A stretch of DNA of 62,361 nucleotides, counting the filler, from Candidatus Tectimicrobiota bacterium (lineage in GTDB: Bacteria > JACPSX01): the NCBI GenBank assembly GCA_016193065.1. It is 7 parts of 7 records of this genome, joined end to end, with 100 filler letters (N's around TTAATTAATTAA, not from the genome) between each part and the next. Parts side by side here need not be neighbours in the genome. Positions count along the whole stretch, not along the records: positions 1 to 9,951 come from JACPSX010000179.1; positions 10,052 to 18,266 come from JACPSX010000180.1; 5 more parts are not named here. One strand, written 5' to 3'. A program made the position numbers and the translations under genes. Below are positions 1 to 10,541 of the stretch, one piece after another. Numbering within the stretch: the stretch's first letter is position 1; every line of letters starts with the position of its first letter. A model generated the notes under the pieces. The model was not told where the DNA came from and searched no databases. It worked only from the letters and a program-made list of their open reading frames with translations.

Positions 1-151
1 GAGAGGGGAAGGGTGAGGGGCGCTGCGGCGGAATGTAACAAATATTTCTGCGGGAATCCCCTTCACTGAAGAAAATCCCCTCTGCTCCCCCCTTTAAAAA
101 GGGGGGTAAAACCAAAACTCCCCCTTTAGAAAAGGGGGGAAGGGGGGATTT
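1..151. repeat. REP/MITE-like palindromic remnants (two CCCCCTTT..AAAGGGGG hairpins inside AAATCCCC/GGGGATTT arms)
   Basis: Hairpins are visible at about 72-151. A degenerate relative lies at 12162-12212. Confidence 0.6.
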
Positions 152-196
152 CGCATGAGAAATAACAATTCCCCGCTTCCATACTTTCCCCCTTGA

Positions 197-1387
197 TTAG
201 CCGCTATCCGACGGTCGGCCAAGCACGCCAATTCTCTCAAGTCCTTTCATGAGCTGGGAGGCGATAACCCGGTGCCCTGAGGGGTTCGCATGGGGGTCCA
301 ACGCAAAGCGGAACTCCCTCACGGAAATACTGGGAAACTCCTGGAGCATATCAATGAATTGTACACCCAGCTTCTCGGCGATCCGCCGGTATCCGCGCTG
401 CAATTTCATCCGGTCAACGCGCCCTGACAGTTCCGGCAGGGCTGCTATTACTTTGGCATAATACGCGTCCGACCATTCTATGGGATCCGGATGCACGGCG
501 ATCACCAGCGTTCCACCATACGAAGACACCAGATGATTGAGCGAGCGTATGGCCGCCGTCGCCAGTTCCCAGCGCTGCCTTGCCAAGGGATCAAGATCAT
601 CCCGCAAATACGTGTTCTTTACCCAGCCGCCCACGTCACGAGGTGTCCGTAGAATGCGGTAGGAATACCATACATGCCTGAGGATTGCCGAATTCCGAAG
701 CCAGAAATTCGGCTTGGGAGGAGGGGTCTCCTTTGCCCTGCGCAGAAGATCGAGCCGTGCCGGATCAGGTGGTAGCGGAACGAGATAACCGTCAGGTCCC
801 ACCGTGTACCGGCCGTAGGGCAGCTCGGGTACATCTTCAAAAAGATCATTATTGGTGACATACATCACTACAATCCGCGGCCGGAAACCTTGCCTATACA
901 ACTTCCGAAAGAACAAGTATTCCTGTACCGTGTTAAAACCATTGGAGCCAGCGTTCATCGTCTTCACTGCCCAACCTTTGCGTACAAGCTCGCGCTCAAT
1001 GAGGGAGACATAGGTGGATTCGGCCGGAACCTGCACCGCCGTCGTTTGCGAGTCGCCAAGAAATAATATGGTCCCCTCCCCGGGTGGGATCGGACCGGAC
1101 TGCCCCGCGGCGATTCTAAAACCAAACTCGTTTGTCCGAACCTCATTCATCCACTCATTTGTATAGAAAGTAATATGCAATCTGGATGCCGGAGCAAACC
1201 CAATCTCTGGATCGGTCTGCCAGAGAACATTGTCGGGCGTTTTCCCGGCACGTTGAAATGGCCCAAAAAAACGAAGACCCAACTCGAGGCAGACCAAACC
1301 AGCCAGAACTGAGAAGAAGCAAAGCGCTACTCTTCTCCACAGAGGCCCCCGCTCGGAACCTGCCGCTGTCCCAGGGGAACGATTCAA
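197..1387 (-). CDS. SGNH/GDSL-family hydrolase with N-terminal membrane anchor
   Basis: FLGDSQT block I, NAGSNG, TNND and DPHAN catalytic DxH; lies in a polysaccharide cluster. Confidence 0.8.
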   Translation of the reverse strand: MNRSPGTAAGSERGPLWRRVALCFFSVLAGLVCLELGLRFFGPFQRAGKTPDNVLWQTDPEIGFAPASRLHITFYTNEWMNEVRTNEFGFRIAAGQSGPIPPGEGTILFLGDSQTTAVQVPAESTYVSLIERELVRKGWAVKTMNAGSNGFNTVQEYLFFRKLYRQGFRPRIVVMYVTNNDLFEDVPELPYGRYTVGPDGYLVPLPPDPARLDLLRRAKETPPPKPNFWLRNSAILRHVWYSYRILRTPRDVGGWVKNTYLRDDLDPLARQRWELATAAIRSLNHLVSSYGGTLVIAVHPDPIEWSDAYYAKVIAALPELSGRVDRMKLQRGYRRIAEKLGVQFIDMLQEFPSISVREFRFALDPHANPSGHRVIASQLMKGLERIGVLGRPSDSG

Positions 1388-2881
1388 CTACCCCTCACCC
1401 CTTTGAGGCTTCCTGCCCTCCAGATACTCGATCAAAGCGAGGAGTAGGGGCTTCCTTCTATGGCGATCACCGGGTCGTGCCGGTACGATCCACCCTCTTG
1501 CCCGCCCCAAGATCAAGAGACCAACCATCAAAAGGTACGATGTCCAGGCCCCTCCCACAAAAAAAACAAAATTCGACGGCATATTGATCGTCGTGCCGAA
1601 AAGACTTACATAAATAACGCAGGTTCCTATATCATACCCCCCGAACCATCGTTCGCAGGTGCGGCTGATGACCATGATCAGCATTCCCAGGAGAAGACAT
1701 GCAATCACGATCCCCGCTCCGCCGCCGGAGAGGTAGGCGTCCTGGAAAAAATTGGACTTCGCGGACACCAATGATTCCCTTGGCACGACACCTGCCTCAT
1801 AGACCCGCTCCATGGACAATTGTTCCAGGTCTGGTTTCCCGGGCCACAAGATGCGCGGCACCAGACCGAACATTGACTCCTTGACGAGTTCCACACCATA
1901 ATACGGCCTGTTCCCGGGTACAAATTCAAGATATTTGCCGAACGCATCCATATCGTTTGCTCGGCCTGATAGTCCCCCCCAAATCTGCTCCAGACGCTCC
2001 TCGAGGGACATACTCAGCACAGGCTCAAGAGACAAGGTTACCGCGGCGCTCCGCCCGACTCCCACATACCACAACAACGGCCTCAACAAGGTCCCCAATG
2101 GGTAGAGAAATAAAAACCAAATGAGAACAAATGCACTCCCCCCGATTACGACCCGCCGGGGCATCAGGGGATACAGAAGAGCAGCAAGCGTGATACCACT
2201 GAAAAGCACCAGGCCTCTCCAACCGCTGATCATCATGCGGGTGAGGTTGATCCCCAACAGGAGGAATGTCACAGCCATGTTGATGAAGCGCCGACGCCGT
2301 ACGGACAACGCAAACTCCACCAGGATCGCGGTTGCGGAGATGTCAAGCAACTTCTGGCTAAGATTCCACAGGCCGGGTATGAGAGCACTCACCGTCCCCA
2401 CACCCAGAGCAATGAGCGAGACGACGATTAGGCTATAGGGCGGAATGGAGCGGATCACATATTTGGGCGGGCCATACCGAAAGCCAACCAGCTTGATCCC
2501 GGCGGTCACACTCGCGTGAGCCAGCAGCATCCAAGCTTGCCCCACAGCAATCGTCTTAAGTACATCCTCCAGCGGATCAAGATCCCGTCCGAAGAAACCA
2601 AACCCGGCGGCATTCAAAGCGTAAAATCCCGCTCCGACTACATGATAGGCCACGAAGAATAAGTGAAACATGAAGCCGGGACGCAGCAGCCTGTGGGTGA
2701 TTGGCAGGTTATCTCCAGATTGCCTGAACCAACGGGTCTGAGCAATCCCTGCAATGAAAAAGGACCCCACACTGGACAAGGCGATGGACAGTCCGGGAGG
2801 GTCCCGCCACATCAACCCGAGGAGATACGGCAAGAAAACAACGAAAATCCTATCCATCTCTATGGCGGGCTTTGCCCGCAA
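1388..2881 (-). CDS. Multi-pass membrane protein, Wzy/O-antigen polymerase-like
   Basis: About 10-12 hydrophobic segments and a periplasmic loop with PRILWPGKP; follows three glycosyltransferases. Confidence 0.65.
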   Translation of the reverse strand: MRAKPAIEMDRIFVVFLPYLLGLMWRDPPGLSIALSSVGSFFIAGIAQTRWFRQSGDNLPITHRLLRPGFMFHLFFVAYHVVGAGFYALNAAGFGFFGRDLDPLEDVLKTIAVGQAWMLLAHASVTAGIKLVGFRYGPPKYVIRSIPPYSLIVVSLIALGVGTVSALIPGLWNLSQKLLDISATAILVEFALSVRRRRFINMAVTFLLLGINLTRMMISGWRGLVLFSGITLAALLYPLMPRRVVIGGSAFVLIWFLFLYPLGTLLRPLLWYVGVGRSAAVTLSLEPVLSMSLEERLEQIWGGLSGRANDMDAFGKYLEFVPGNRPYYGVELVKESMFGLVPRILWPGKPDLEQLSMERVYEAGVVPRESLVSAKSNFFQDAYLSGGGAGIVIACLLLGMLIMVISRTCERWFGGYDIGTCVIYVSLFGTTINMPSNFVFFVGGAWTSYLLMVGLLILGRARGWIVPARPGDRHRRKPLLLALIEYLEGRKPQRGEG

Positions 2882-2953
2882 CCCAAGTGTCAGTGCGAGT
2901 GTCTGTAGTCATCTGTCCGTGACAAGACGGCGTCTTGCAAGAGTTTTCAAGCC

Positions 2954-3031
2954 GTCATCCCGGCGAAGGCCGGGATCCAGTGTCTTCACCGACTCTCAAA
3001 ACAGCTGGACCCCGGTTTCCACCGGGGTGAC
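2954..3031. repeat. Paired inverted REP-like palindromes
   Basis: GTCATCCCGGCGAAGGCCGGGATCCAG ... CTGGACCCCGGTTTCCACCGGGGTGAC in an intergenic gap. A relative lies at about 59097-59123. Confidence 0.75.
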
Positions 3032-3092
3032 GACTTCTGACCAGGCGATGAAAGATGCGACGCATTTGCGTCATATCTCACGACGGAACAAT

Positions 3093-4343
3093 CTAACCTG
3101 CTGGAATGCCGGCGTGCCAGGTTGACACGCCGGAAGTTGACGCACGCTGGACGATCCGGAGCCCTTCCAGGATGCCATCCACGGCACGTTCAATGGAGTA
3201 TCCGGCGATCTTTTCCCGGACCGCCGCCTTCGCTGAGTGACACCGAACCGGATCAGACCACGCCGCCATCCTCACAGCGAGCCGTTCCACATCCCCCATG
3301 GGGAAGAAGTCCCCGGTCCTTCCCGGATCGATCAAGTCCGGCCCGCAGCCGGCTTGGTCGCTCACGATGGCGGGCAGACCGCAGGCCATGGCTTCGTTCA
3401 CGACGAGACCCCAGGTCTCTCCGGCATCCGATGGCAAAATCAGACAGTCCGCCGCCACGTAGGCCTTCGGTATCTCTGTTTGATTCATAAACCCGGCAAA
3501 TGTCACGCAGCGCCTGCCGGTCATACTCCGCAATACCTCTGCTCTCTCTTCAAACATCCCCCGCATACTACCATCCCCGACCACAAGCAGGTGGATCGGG
3601 CACTTGACAAAAAATTGCGTACGCTTGACAGACAGCACTTCGAGTGCGGACAAGATATCCTGGAAGTGCTTTTTCGGAATCAGTTTTCCGCTAAAGAGGA
3701 AGCATATGCTATCCGGAGGAATCCCCCACTCCTCTCGTAGCATAGACCTCTGCGGCTCATAACTCCTGGCGGTTTCCAAGAAACGGCGGTTGTCCACGCA
3801 ATAGGGAGCCGCGATGAGCCTGCTCTCCGGAATTCCAAACTTTTCGTACAGGCGCCGATTGGCAACGCCAACGGTCAAAAATACTGATACGCGCTGAAAG
3901 AGCAACTTTAGGAGCGGCCGCTTGACCATCTCCTTCCACCAGGAGGCTCGGCGCAAGTCGTTTGTCTCCGCCCGCAGCAGGACCGGGATGCCCGCCCTAC
4001 GTGCTTGGAAGACTGCCTGCCAGTATGCCTGCGGATACCAGCCGTTGACCAAAAGCGCGTGGACATCGAGCTCCTGGAACAACGGCCCAAGAGAACCGAT
4101 GCGCGTGCCGCGGAAACGAGTGATCTCCGCCCGCAATGGGTGAGTCTTCAGGAAGCGGTAGGAATAGCCGCCGAGCATATCGATGTCCCAGGAGAAAGCC
4201 CTGCCGAATCCCTGGTCGAAGCTCTCCTGGTATCCCTGGTCGGAGAGATACCAGACCTCAAAGGGCACCTCCCCGCGCCGGGCCAGCTCCTTCCAGAGCG
4301 GGACCTGGTACTGGATCGGATGTGTGGTCAGAATCGCCAGCAT
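3093..4343 (-). CDS. Glycosyltransferase family 4
   Basis: THPIQY N-terminus, SGKLIPKK, ETWGLVVNEAMACG (EX7E). Confidence 0.9.
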   Translation of the reverse strand: MLAILTTHPIQYQVPLWKELARRGEVPFEVWYLSDQGYQESFDQGFGRAFSWDIDMLGGYSYRFLKTHPLRAEITRFRGTRIGSLGPLFQELDVHALLVNGWYPQAYWQAVFQARRAGIPVLLRAETNDLRRASWWKEMVKRPLLKLLFQRVSVFLTVGVANRRLYEKFGIPESRLIAAPYCVDNRRFLETARSYEPQRSMLREEWGIPPDSICFLFSGKLIPKKHFQDILSALEVLSVKRTQFFVKCPIHLLVVGDGSMRGMFEERAEVLRSMTGRRCVTFAGFMNQTEIPKAYVAADCLILPSDAGETWGLVVNEAMACGLPAIVSDQAGCGPDLIDPGRTGDFFPMGDVERLAVRMAAWSDPVRCHSAKAAVREKIAGYSIERAVDGILEGLRIVQRASTSGVSTWHAGIPAG

Positions 4344-4364
4344 ATCCTGCTCTGACTTCCGCCG

Positions 4365-5522
4365 TTAAGCGGCGTCGCTCAGCCGGCGGAAGAGACTGAC
4401 AATTCTTGCGCCGTATTCGTCCCAACCCCCGATCTTCCGCACGCGCTCCAGGGCGGCCTTGCGCATCGCTTCACGCTCGCCGCGGTGCTCGTAGAGCCAC
4501 ACCAGCTTCGCCGCGATCGCCTCGGGGGAGCGTACGGGGACGATAAACCCCTCAACGCCGTCCGTGAAGAAGTCCGCTCCGCCCGTGTGGGTAGTCGCAA
4601 TGACAGGGCTGCCGCAGGCCAGCGCCTCGCCAATGACGGAGCCAAAACCATCCTCGATCGAGGGGAGCACCATGACGTCGGCCTGCGAGTAGTAGTGAGA
4701 CAGCTCCTGCTTGCTGCGGGGCCCGAGCACATCCACCGCGAGGCCGTGGGCCCGACGGAGAAGAGTTTCACTCTCCCGCAAGACGGAGCCGACAAGAACC
4801 AGACGGCTCCCGGGGAGAGCCGCCATCCGGAAGGCATCAATGAGGTCGTGAACGCCCTTGCGCACTGAAAGTTGCCCCACAAACAACACGCGGAAAGTCC
4901 GATCCTGCGGTGTGTCCACCGGGTGGAATCGCGTCAGGTCGACGCCATACGGAATCACCGCCAGCTTGCCGGCAGGGACGCCCTTGGCGAGGAAGGTTGA
5001 TTGCGCGAACGTTGATAGGACGGTAATCATGTCCGCCTGCTCGTACGATGCGGCGGCATAGTCCAGGAACCTTGAGTCCTCCCGCCTCCGCGAGAGTCCA
5101 ACCCGCCGGTATTCCTCCGCCAGGATCTCATCCTGGAAGACGGGATGAGAGTTGACGACGTCACACACCCAGCGCGCGCCGCGGCGCCTGGCCTCCACGC
5201 CGCTGCGCAGCCCGCAGTAGGATAGAGCGTGAAAGACCTCACAGTCCGGCAGGAGCCGCGCCACGTATCCGTCCAGGGTCTGGTGACAGAACCAGTTCAG
5301 CTCGGTCCGGAACGGGTAGCGCTCGATGCCCGCTCGCCCCATTGCCTCGAAGATCGTCTGCAGATACGGAAACGTCTTGACCTTGTGGAGCGGCAGAGTC
5401 TCGCCACGGAGTTTCCATCGCGGGCGTCCGGTGAACAGCCGTTCAAGAACACCACGCCTCTCAAGCTGCCTGGCAAGGTCAAACGTGTGGAACTTCGAAA
5501 TGGTAGAGAGCACCACCCGCAT
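4365..5522 (-). CDS. Glycosyltransferase family 4
   Basis: FVGQLSVRKG, EDGFGSVIGEALACG. Confidence 0.9.
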   Translation of the reverse strand: MRVVLSTISKFHTFDLARQLERRGVLERLFTGRPRWKLRGETLPLHKVKTFPYLQTIFEAMGRAGIERYPFRTELNWFCHQTLDGYVARLLPDCEVFHALSYCGLRSGVEARRRGARWVCDVVNSHPVFQDEILAEEYRRVGLSRRREDSRFLDYAAASYEQADMITVLSTFAQSTFLAKGVPAGKLAVIPYGVDLTRFHPVDTPQDRTFRVLFVGQLSVRKGVHDLIDAFRMAALPGSRLVLVGSVLRESETLLRRAHGLAVDVLGPRSKQELSHYYSQADVMVLPSIEDGFGSVIGEALACGSPVIATTHTGGADFFTDGVEGFIVPVRSPEAIAAKLVWLYEHRGEREAMRKAALERVRKIGGWDEYGARIVSLFRRLSDAA

Positions 5523-5544
5523 CGGGCACCTCGCGCTCGCCTTC

Positions 5545-6735
5545 CTACCGATTCATCGCGACCATATCGGCGAGGCAACCCGCCAGCACTTGCGTCTGCT
5601 TGGCGATGTCGAAGAGCTTCTCGACCCGCGCGCGTCCCTTCCGTCCCATCTCCACCGCCATAGCACGATCGTCGACCAGCGCCAATATCGCCTCAGCCAT
5701 CTTCGGAACGTCGTACTTCTCCACGACAAACCCAGTCTCGCCATCCTGAATCAGCTCAGGAAGACCGCCGGCTCGCGTTACCACGACGGGCTTCGCCGCC
5801 GCCATGGCCTCGGCCACGACGAGACCGAAGGACTCCTCGCATCGAGACGGAGCGACGAGGATGTCGATCGACCTGAACAGGTCGGGGCTGTTCCGCTCGG
5901 GACCGCATATCACGACCACCTTGTCAAGCCCGTACTCACGGACGCGCCGGTCGATCTCCTCGCGAAAGCTCTCCTCGGCCCGGCCGATCAGAAGCATCCT
6001 CACGTCGCTTCGCTGGGCGCAAACAATTCGCGCGGCCTCGACAAAGTCATGAATCCCCTTGGGCTCATCAACCCGGCCGACGAACGCCACCAGAGGCGTC
6101 GACTCTGCCCATCCGTAACGCTTCCTGAATATGTCCTTAGCAGACGTGTTCAGCTCGAATGCCGCGGCCTCGACTCCGTTGTAGATTTTCTCGATCTTGG
6201 CGCTGGCGATACCCAGCGCTTGCAGGCGAGACCGAACCGCGTCGGAGACGACGACATACCTCGTCACCGCGCGATCCAGCAGGCGAAATAGAACCCGGTA
6301 GAAGCAAGTGTCGGGATAATACTCGTGGACGTGGCAGACGACGGGGATCCGCGACCATAATAAGATCGGGAACATCTGGATCAGCAGATGGTAGCCGGAG
6401 ACGTAGAACAGGTCGAACCGGTGCTGCCGCCGCAGGCGCTGCAGGTCCCAGAACAGCCACGGGAGGCGAAGCAAGCACTCCGCCGTCATCCTGATGTTTG
6501 ACCAAGTCGGCTGCTTCGACAGAAAACCCAGATACGACAGGTCGAACCGAATCCCCAGACTGTTCAAGCGCTCGATGAAGTTGCCGTCGTTCCAATGAGT
6601 CACCAGGAATCGCACGCTGAACCTCTCAGGGTTCAGGTGCTTGAAGAATCGCAGCGTGGCGTGCGCGAGGCCGAATACCTGGCCCGTAGGAATCACGACC
6701 AGAATCTTCACCGGTCTTGCCACCGGGTCAGTCAT
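5545..6735 (-). CDS. Glycosyltransferase family 4
   Basis: FVGRVDEPKG, EESFGLVVAEAMAA. Start 6735 overlaps the reconstructed asnB stop (ATGA). Confidence 0.88.
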   Translation of the reverse strand: MTDPVARPVKILVVIPTGQVFGLAHATLRFFKHLNPERFSVRFLVTHWNDGNFIERLNSLGIRFDLSYLGFLSKQPTWSNIRMTAECLLRLPWLFWDLQRLRRQHRFDLFYVSGYHLLIQMFPILLWSRIPVVCHVHEYYPDTCFYRVLFRLLDRAVTRYVVVSDAVRSRLQALGIASAKIEKIYNGVEAAAFELNTSAKDIFRKRYGWAESTPLVAFVGRVDEPKGIHDFVEAARIVCAQRSDVRMLLIGRAEESFREEIDRRVREYGLDKVVVICGPERNSPDLFRSIDILVAPSRCEESFGLVVAEAMAAAKPVVVTRAGGLPELIQDGETGFVVEKYDVPKMAEAILALVDDRAMAVEMGRKGRARVEKLFDIAKQTQVLAGCLADMVAMNR

Positions 6736-8584
6736 GGGGCGGCCGGCAGCTTTTCGTGGTGTCGCATCCATTCCGCGAAGCAGACGACCCGCCAGAGAAA
6801 CTGCCGATGCTCGTCGTTAAGACTCGCCGCGCAGTCCCGCCACTCCTGGGATTCTAAAGGCAACCGCAGCGGGGCAAGCTCTCCCCGCTTGAGTCGATGA
6901 AGGGCGTCGCGGATCCCTGTTTCGGCCGCTCCCAGAGATCCTTCGGAACGCGCCGCTCCAGCAAATCACGGGGAAAGACCTTCCCCCTGTGCGCTGACTG
7001 ATCGTACCGAAACGTCACGGGAAGCCGCAGGCACCATGTGGTGAGATCATGGTCGAGCAAAGGCTCGCGGAGCTCAAGGCCGACACTCATACTCGCCCGG
7101 TCCGCTTTGACCATCAGGTCGTCCGGCAGGTAAGTCAAAAGGTCCATGCGGCAGGCCCAATCCAACGGATCCGTGACGGCCTTAAGTCCCTGCGCCCCTT
7201 GACGGAAATACTCAGAAAGAGGGGCCCGCTCGTCGGCATGCTCGACCGGCAGTAGCCGGGCAGTGTCCTCGGAAAGACCGGTGCGCAAGGCACTCCACTG
7301 AGCGACCCGATCAACCTGGCTGAAGACAAGAGCCTTGTAGCGGAAAGAGGGCAGGACGGTTGCCGTCATGGTGGCGATCAGCCGGCGAACGGGTCCAGGC
7401 ACCTGCCGTGAACCATTCAGGCGACCAAGCGCCCGATGCCACGGATATCCGCAGAACGCCTCATCACCCCCATCACCGGTGAGGCCCACTTTCACATGGG
7501 GAGCCACCAGGCGACAGAGGGCGACCATGGGCAGGGCCGAGGAGTCGGCAAACGGTTCGTCGTACACACCCCAAAGGCCGTCCCATATCTTGAGAACCTC
7601 CTCTTCCCGGATGCGGAACTCGGTGTGTTTCCCGCCCAGATGTTTCGCCACCTCCCGAGCAAAGGGGGCTTCGTCCGCCCGGGGATCCTCGAATCCCATG
7701 GTGAAGCTGGGAACTTCCGCTCCCGGTTGCTGTCGGGAGAACGCCGTAACCAACGTCGAGTCAATGCCTCCCGACAAGAGGCTGCCGACCGGGACATCGC
7801 TGATCAGGCGATAGCGCACTGCTTCGCCGACCAGTTCCTCATAGCGTTCCAGGAGGTCCGTTCGGCTCTCCCTGCCAGGTTCGGAGGCGGCAGCGACTTC
7901 ACTCATCGACCAGTATGCATACTCTTGTACGTCGAAGCCTTCCTCCGACCATCGCACGCGCAGGTAATGACCCGGCCGAACCTTGCGGACACGTTTCAGG
8001 ATCGAGCGCGGATTCGGTACATACCCGAGGCCCAAATAGAGGTACGCGGATTCGCTATCGATCTCGCGACTGCCTCCCGGCAGCGCCCGCAGAGCGAACA
8101 GATCAGAAGCAAACCTGAAGTCGTCCTTCCCGTGCTCGTAAGCCAGCGGCTTCACGCCGTAGCGGTCCCGAGCCAGAATCAGCTCCCGGCGCCCTGCGTC
8201 CAGCCATCCGAAGGCAAACATCCCACGCAGGCGCCCGAGGCAGGCAACCCCCCACTCGCGCATCGCGTACAGCACGACCTCGGCGTCGCCCGTCGATTGG
8301 AAACGCGCGCCCCGCGCTTCGAGCTCGCGCCTGAGCTCTTCGAAGTTGTAGACCTCGCCGTTGTACACGAGCCAGTGGCCCTCGCCGTCCGTCATCGGCT
8401 GGCTCGCGCGCTCGGTGAGGTCGAGGATCGCGAGGCGCGTGTGGCCCAGGAGCCAGCCCGGCCCCGCCTCCAGTCGACTTCCGTCCGGACCGCGCCGCCG
8501 CAACGCCTCGAGCGCCGGCCGAGCCGAATTTTTCACCGCCTCCGGCTCCCCACCGACACCGACCCAGCCCAGGATACCGCACAC
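6732..8584 (-). CDS. asnB: Asparagine synthase (glutamine-hydrolysing)-family amidotransferase, frameshifted near 6914
   Basis: MCGI N-terminus, LSGGIDS, GDGGDE, RPKQG. The typical C-terminus (LWRVVCFAEWMRHH) is in another frame and ends at 6732. Confidence 0.85.
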
Positions 8585-8585
8585 G

Positions 8586-8739
8586 CTAGTGTAGTGTCCC
8601 CAACACTTCTTTACAATTCCGTTCGCCCTGAGCTTGTCGAAGGGCGAAGCGTTTTCAACGGGCTTCGTTCATGGTTCGACAAGCCTGTCCTGAGCCTGCC
8701 GCTCTCCTTCGACGAGCTCAGGATGAGCGGCAGAGTCGA
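8586..8739. repeat. Nested palindromic MITE/REP-like element
   Basis: CCGTTCGCCCTGAGCTTGTCGAAGGG...TTCGACAAGC with an inner TCCTGAGC..GCTCAGGA copy; runs into an assembly gap. Confidence 0.65.
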
Positions 8740-8779
8740 NNNNNNNNNNNNNNNNNNNNNNNNNNNNNNNNNNNNNCCG

Positions 8780-9739
8780 TCAGCCCGGCGCCACCGCTCT
8801 GAAGCAGAAGCTGCTGCGGTCGGCGCGGACCTCGCGCGCGCCGACCTCCTCGATGGCACGCAAGATCGCGCCGAACGTCATCGGGCGGTCGTAGCGAGGC
8901 GTGTACATGTCGACGGTGTCGAGCACGGACCACTCGACGCGACGGCTCCACGGCCCGAGCTCCTCGGCCTCGCTGAAGTCCGCGATCGGGATGAGCTGGT
9001 TCGCGATGTTCCGGCCGAGCTTGGTTCGGGGCAGCGCGCGATTGACCACGCGATGCTTGATCTCGAGGAATCTCGGCACCCAGTGCTCCGCGAGCGCCAT
9101 GAACCGCTCGGGCGGGATCCGGCGCGTGAGCGGCCGCAGCCAGTACTTCGTGAGGAACGGCGTGTACCACTTGAGCGCGTAGACGTCGAACAGCACGCTT
9201 CCCCCCGGACGCACGTAGTCGAACAGCCGCTTGATCGCCTCACGCGGGTTCCGCGTGTGCTGGATCACGCCGCGACAGAACACGACGTCGATCTCGTCAC
9301 GGCGCACGGGCACGTCGAAGAGGTCCGCCCGGCACGCGATCAGGTTCGGAGCGCCCAGAGCGACGTTGACGAAGAGCGCCGGGCTCGGGTCCACGGTGAT
9401 GACCGTGCGGCACAGGTCCACGAGGTAGTCGGTGAACCGCCCCGCGCCCGAGCCGATCTCCAGACATGTCATGCCGTCCAGCATCGACACGTCGCCTTGC
9501 GTGAAGAGCCTGAGGTGATTGTAAGAAGCGCGGGTCCCGTTGAGCCGGTCGATCTGGACATTCCGGTACTTCGTCCACTGGATTCCGAATGACCGGCTGT
9601 AGTGGTTCGGCCCTCCGATGAAGTCGTGAACGTCGGTGCGCTGCACCCGCCCGCGGAAGTCGGCGGTAAGCGTCCGCACCCCCACCGGCGTGCGTGTCAA
9701 GCAACGAGCGATGTCGGCCACCGGAGGGGCGACGCTCAT
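8780..9739 (-). CDS. Class I SAM-dependent methyltransferase
   Basis: LEIGSGAGRF motif I, SFGIQW, GVIQHT. ATG at 9739 chosen as start. Confidence 0.85.
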   Translation of the reverse strand: MSVAPPVADIARCLTRTPVGVRTLTADFRGRVQRTDVHDFIGGPNHYSRSFGIQWTKYRNVQIDRLNGTRASYNHLRLFTQGDVSMLDGMTCLEIGSGAGRFTDYLVDLCRTVITVDPSPALFVNVALGAPNLIACRADLFDVPVRRDEIDVVFCRGVIQHTRNPREAIKRLFDYVRPGGSVLFDVYALKWYTPFLTKYWLRPLTRRIPPERFMALAEHWVPRFLEIKHRVVNRALPRTKLGRNIANQLIPIADFSEAEELGPWSRRVEWSVLDTVDMYTPRYDRPMTFGAILRAIEEVGAREVRADRSSFCFRAVAPG

Positions 9740-9761
9740 TCGGACTTCTCCGACCGTTCCG

Positions 9762-9951
9762 TCATGTGAGGCGGCCTCCGAGCCGCTCGAGCGTGGCGAC
9801 GTCGGAGGCGGGCTGCTCGCGCAACCGCCACAGGAGCTTCTGCGTGCGCCACCTAATGGGATCGCGCATCCGCAGCGCCTCCGGCAGGCAGGCAAGCACG
9901 CTCAGCCACGAGTGCGCCCAGGTGGCCAGATGTCCCCAGCGCGCGTACTGC
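9762..9951 (-). CDS. 3' end of a CDS cut by the scaffold edge (possibly a glycosyltransferase)
   Basis: Open frame QYARWGHLATW...GGRLT* running to the gap. Confidence 0.4.
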
Positions 9952-10051
9952 NNNNNNNNNNNNNNNNNNNNNNNNNNNNNNNNNNNNNNNNNNNNTTAAT
10001 TAATTAANNNNNNNNNNNNNNNNNNNNNNNNNNNNNNNNNNNNNNNNNNNN
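9952..10051. other. Artificial scaffold spacer
   Basis: N44-TTAATTAATTAA-N44 (stops in all six frames). Confidence 0.98.
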
Positions 10052-10490
10052 CTCCGCTACCGCCACGTTGAATGCTCAGCTATCTGCAAGCAACTCTAGG
10101 CTACGCGGTTTCCCACCCCTGGCCGCTCCCGGTGCGGGTACCCGCGCTTCGCGGGTGTTGCGCTGCCCCCGGCACTTTCGCTCAGGGCGGGAGGGTCGGC
10201 CCCTGCTGCTCTTCCTCCGAGGGGGCAGCCTCCGCAGGCGACCGACAGAGTTCCAGAAAGAGACCGGGTGTGCCCCGTAGGGCGACTTAAAGTTTTGCAG
10301 GCGCCGCACCCCGAAGACTTGAATCTCCTCGCATGCGAAGCGCAACCGACCCTGGATCGCCCTCCTGCGCAAAAGTTTACTGGAGCCCCAAGGGGCACCC
10401 CGGTCTCCCATCTCCTCATCCCTCTCGCCAAAAGCGTTTCGGGAGCCGGGTACCCATCCTGGGTGTAGCCTCCCCCGAGGAGTTGATGAG
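10052..10490. repeat. Copy A of a dispersed structured element, 5'-truncated by the scaffold edge
   Basis: About 190 nt align closely with 21065-21250. Downstream GAGCCC.AAGGGG and CCCGAGGAGT.GATGAG blocks are also shared. Confidence 0.85.
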
Positions 10491-10541
10491 GACAACAATC
10501 CCTTTTTTGCTGGACCCGGGAGACTACAGTGCGGCAAATCA

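Noticed and set aside
7436-9592. 718-aa plus-strand ORF (likewise 46411-48150, 15997-17253, 35936-37180, 21085-22311)
   Set aside because: Antisense shadows of well-supported genes in GC-rich DNA, with no recognisable motifs.
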